Assembly (NCBI GenBank): GCA_003221035.1
Contig: QHUB01000025.1
Coordinates: 8,614-72,613, forward strand
From: Gemmatimonadota bacterium
Lineage (GTDB): Bacteria > Gemmatimonadota > Gemmatimonadetes > Gemmatimonadales > GWC2-71-9
Length of the DNA: 64,000 nucleotides
Reading direction: 5' to 3'
Notes under the pieces: generated by a model
The model's input: the letters and a program-made list of their open reading frames with translations, nothing else
Database searches by the model: none
What the model was told of the DNA's origin: nothing
Made by a program: the position numbers and the translations under genes
In this document: positions 61,060-64,000 of the stretch, piece after piece
Position numbering within the stretch: the first letter of the stretch is position 1
How the letters are laid out: each line of letters begins with the position of its first letter

Positions 61060-62955
61060 CTAAACACGTTGAATTACATAGGCTTCCATCGCGTAGTACT
61101 CGGCCAATCCCAGCCGGTCGGCCCGGGCCGCGGTCTCCAGATTTCGGGCCTCCACCCGCTGCCAAAACTCGCGCTCGTCATAGCCCGGGAACGGCGCGGT
61201 GTCCTTTTGCGACTGATGACGGAAGATCGAGAGAATCTTTGCCTGGAGCTCGTCTTGCGAGAGCGGCACGAGCACGTCCGCATCGGTCAGCGACCACTCC
61301 TGCCAGGCACCGCGATAGAGCCAGACCTCCGGCTTCTGTTCCTTGTAGCGTGCCAGCGCTCCTTCGACCGCGGCTTTGCACGTGCGGTGGGTCCCATGCG
61401 GATCGGACAGGTCGCCGGCGACGAACACGAGATCGGGCTTTGTCTCCTCGAACAACTTCAGTACGATCGCGATGTCGGCATCGGAGAGAGGCCGCTTGCG
61501 CACCTCCCCCGTTTGATAGAACGGCAGGTCGAGGAACCGTGCCGCACTCGCGGGAATGCCAACCGCGGCGAGCGCCGCAATCGCCTCCGATTCACGAATG
61601 AATTTCTTCAGGTTCTGGACGACCGGAATGTCGATGTCGCCGGGCGCCTTCTGCTCCATGCCGGCATTCACCGTGGCACGCGCGCGCTTCACCACCGTCC
61701 CGTCGAGCCCGAGCGATGTCGCCGCGCGCTCGACGAAGTCGAGATGACGCGTCACGTCGTGATCGAACACGGCGATGTTTCCGCTCGTCATGTAGGCGAC
61801 GACGATCTGGTTCTCGTTCTCCCAGAGCTTACGCAGAATTCCACCCATCGAGATGACGTCGTCATCGGGATGGGGTGAGAACACGAGCACGCGCTCATGC
61901 GCGGGGAGTTTGGCGCGGCCGCGAATCTTGTCGCGCAGTCGATTGAACACCTGGCCGTTGATCGGCCCGGCTGCCCCCGCGCGCGCGAGCAGCGGGCTGA
62001 GCTGATTTTCGGCGTAGTCCTTGGCCGACAGTTTCAGCACCGCCTTGCTGGTGCGCTCGGCGAGCCAGACGACGGCGCGTTCGATATTCGCCGGCGTCCA
62101 ATCGACGCCGCCCTGGAGCACCCAGGGCGTCTTGATGCGGGTCAGCTCGGCCGCGGCGGCCAGGTCGAGGTAGACCGTCACGCTCGGATGCCGCTGCAGG
62201 AACGTCGCGGCGACGTCGGTCGAGATCTCGCCCTCGACCGCGCGGGCGACGATGCCCGACTTGTGCTCGCCCGTCGCCAGCAGCGCGACTTCCTTGGCAT
62301 CGAGAATCGTCGCGACGCCCATGGTGACCGCTTCGCGCGGCACGTTGTCGATGCCAAAGAAATCCGCCGCGGCGTCTTTGCGCGTCAGCGTATCGAGCGT
62401 GACGATCCGCGTGCGCGACGTCGCGTCGGACCCGGGCTCGTTGAATCCGACGTGACCCGTCTTGCCGATGCCGAGCAGCTGGAAGTCGATCCCGCCGGCG
62501 GCGCGGCTCGCCTCCTCGTACTCGGCGCAGGCCTCCACTACGCGCTCGCGCGGCGTGACTCCCGCAGGGATGTGGACGTTCTCCTTCGCGATGTTCACAT
62601 GCGCGAAGAAGTTCTCCCACATGTAACGGTGGTAGCTGTGCGGGCTGTCCGGCGCCATCGGGTAGTACTCGTCCAGATTGAACGTGATGACGCGCGAAAA
62701 ATCGACGTCGCCCGCCTGATGGCGGCGGATCAGCTCTTCGTAGACACCGAGAGGCGTGCTGCCGGTCGCGAGACCGAGCACGACCCGGCCCTTCGCCCGT
62801 GTCTCGCGTTGAATGACTTCGATGATGCGCTCGGCCACCGCGATCGCGAGGTCCGAGTGCTCGGGGAAGACGACCGTACGCAGCCGCTCGCGCTCACGCG
62901 AGCCTTCGATGGTAACGGGGTGCGCGCCTGCGCGATGAGCGGCAGCCTTGGCCAC
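61060..62955 (-). CDS. nagB: Glucosamine-6-phosphate deaminase fused to a PIG-L/LmbE-family deacetylase domain
   Basis: The N-terminal half is NagB (LGLATGSTP, FNLDEY, LGIGKTGHVGFNEPGS). The C-terminal half has LVFSPHPDDDVISMGG plus HRTC, as in LmbE. Confidence 0.85.
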   Translation of the reverse strand: MAKAAAHRAGAHPVTIEGSRERERLRTVVFPEHSDLAIAVAERIIEVIQRETRAKGRVVLGLATGSTPLGVYEELIRRHQAGDVDFSRVITFNLDEYYPMAPDSPHSYHRYMWENFFAHVNIAKENVHIPAGVTPRERVVEACAEYEEASRAAGGIDFQLLGIGKTGHVGFNEPGSDATSRTRIVTLDTLTRKDAAADFFGIDNVPREAVTMGVATILDAKEVALLATGEHKSGIVARAVEGEISTDVAATFLQRHPSVTVYLDLAAAAELTRIKTPWVLQGGVDWTPANIERAVVWLAERTSKAVLKLSAKDYAENQLSPLLARAGAAGPINGQVFNRLRDKIRGRAKLPAHERVLVFSPHPDDDVISMGGILRKLWENENQIVVAYMTSGNIAVFDHDVTRHLDFVERAATSLGLDGTVVKRARATVNAGMEQKAPGDIDIPVVQNLKKFIRESEAIAALAAVGIPASAARFLDLPFYQTGEVRKRPLSDADIAIVLKLFEETKPDLVFVAGDLSDPHGTHRTCKAAVEGALARYKEQKPEVWLYRGAWQEWSLTDADVLVPLSQDELQAKILSIFRHQSQKDTAPFPGYDEREFWQRVEARNLETAARADRLGLAEYYAMEAYVIQRV

Positions 62956-63593
62956 TACACCTTCACTTCGATGGTCGCGCCCCGCTTATACCGCACGTAC
63001 AGCCACGCCATGGGGACGATCAACATGCCGGCGGCGATGATGGTGAGCGCCAGCAAAACGGCCGACAGCAAGACGGCCTGCTGGGACGCCTGCGCGGCAT
63101 GGAACATGGCCGAATCCTGCCTTGCGAGCAGCACGATCATCGCCTGACGCGCGTCCGTGCCGGCGGCCGGCGCCGTGCTGGTGAGCCCGCCCAGGACGGT
63201 GTGCACGAGGTCGCGCTCGCGTTCATTCGGCAGGGAATTGGCCAGGTCGGCGAGCTGCACCCGCAGCATCCTGCCGAGACTGTCGCGCTGGGCTACGGCT
63301 TCGACCCGATGAAAACCCGGGTCCGTGCTGGTGGCCATCTCGCGCCAGACCTCGAGCCCGGCGCTGTAGCGATGCAGCGTCTCGGAGGTATGAGCGCCAC
63401 GCCGAACGGTGTGGGCGGCATCCCGCAGCGAGAAGATCAGCCAGACCCCGATCACGAGCGCGAGCGCGAGGGTGACCGCGCTGATCGTGACCGCGATACC
63501 GGGCCTGATGAAAGTATAGTCCTTCATCGCGATAGCGAAGGACGAACGGCCGGCGGAAGGCCGATTTGCGAAACCAGAAGGAGCATTCGTCAT
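62955..63593 (-). CDS. Two-TM membrane protein with periplasmic helical domain, hypothetical
   Basis: It has TM helices near both ends. Its stop overlaps the nagB GTG by 1 nt. The start is ambiguous (63593, 63527 or 63629). Confidence 0.55.
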   Translation of the reverse strand: MTNAPSGFANRPSAGRSSFAIAMKDYTFIRPGIAVTISAVTLALALVIGVWLIFSLRDAAHTVRRGAHTSETLHRYSAGLEVWREMATSTDPGFHRVEAVAQRDSLGRMLRVQLADLANSLPNERERDLVHTVLGGLTSTAPAAGTDARQAMIVLLARQDSAMFHAAQASQQAVLLSAVLLALTIIAAGMLIVPMAWLYVRYKRGATIEVKV

Positions 63594-64000
63594 GGGGCAG
63601 ACGCTAGTCTCCGCTTGACGACGCTGCAAGGGGGAGCAATTTGTACATGCGCCCCCCCGCCCCCCACTCGACGCCCGATCTTCGGGCTGCCGCTGGAGGA
63701 CCGTTGAGCGCTGTCGTGTTTCGTGGTGACGAAGGCGAAGTTCTCCGCCAGGCGAGTTCCGTGGTGGGGCGTCCGGTCGTGCTGTGGGAAGTGATCGGGC
63801 CGCATCACGCAGTCCCGCGCGCCAGCAGCGGTCCCGATGTCGGCGTTCGCCCTCCCGGTTTTGATCTCGATGCCATTCTGCAGCGGTGGAGCATTCCGGT
63901 CGCCATTGGCTCGCGTTGGATCACCGCCCCGGGCGATGGTCCCGACTCGTGGGTGGTGGCGCCCGTGCGCGCGCGTCCTCCAGCGCCACCGCCAGGTGGG

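Noticed and set aside
61069-63147. 269-aa and 416-aa plus-strand ORFs antisense to nagB-LmbE
   Set aside because: Same reasoning: the minus strand carries clear NagB and LmbE motifs.
1-64000. Search for mobile elements, prophage genes, integrases, tRNA/rRNA genes and CRISPR arrays
   Set aside because: None was recognised on either strand. The only dispersed repeats are the short REP-like palindromes and the heptamer arrays reported above. tRNA detection by eye is imperfect, so a tRNAscan/Infernal run would be decisive.
63630-64000. Possible coding sequence at the right edge of the window
   Set aside because: The only ORFs there (63590-63808 minus, 63099-63707 plus) are short or antisense with biased composition. 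Any real gene would be truncated by the window edge and cannot be supported.

Overview
High-GC (about two-thirds G+C by eye), very gene-dense chromosomal segment with about 60 supported CDS. Many adjacent genes have 1-4 nt start/stop overlaps. I saw no rRNA, tRNA, CRISPR array, transposase, integrase or phage genes, so this looks like core or accessory chromosome, not a mobile island. Gene content (TolB-propeller Ser/Thr kinase, DUF5916/CBM9 outer-membrane protein, XoxF-type PQQ dehydrogenase, DUF4349, many lipoproteins) suggests a soil Gram-negative of the Gemmatimonadota/Acidobacteriota kind; this is inference only.

Recognisable content:
- Two ATP-dependent DNA-ligase loci: a Lig gene in a 4-gene overlapping operon, and a Ku/LigD NHEJ locus.
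- A UvrD-like helicase carrying an embedded DnaQ-type exonuclease.
- A RES-Xre toxin-antitoxin pair with a perfect palindromic operator.
- A PQQ dehydrogenase (lanthanide-type DYD signature) with its cytochrome c.
- Exported MsrAB, a proline dehydrogenase-korAB operon and two two-component systems (one sigma54-type).
- efp, tag, a NagB-LmbE fusion, peptidases and beta-helix surface proteins.

No single textbook 'system' stands out. The candidates I rank highest for novelty:
1. The helicase-exonuclease fusion.
2. A rhomboid/TPR protease, an alpha/beta-hydrolase and an EVE-domain gene fused into the ligD operon.
3. An unannotated cluster of sub-60-aa ORFs at 20.5-21.7 kb (an lmo0937-family peptide plus two very basic peptides).
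4. A pair of arginine-rich 'DRR-repeat' small proteins, one translationally coupled to korB.
5. Heptamer-based repeats (ACGCACG)n that recur inside three unrelated CDS.

All functional calls come from motif recognition by eye on the supplied translations. No database search was run.
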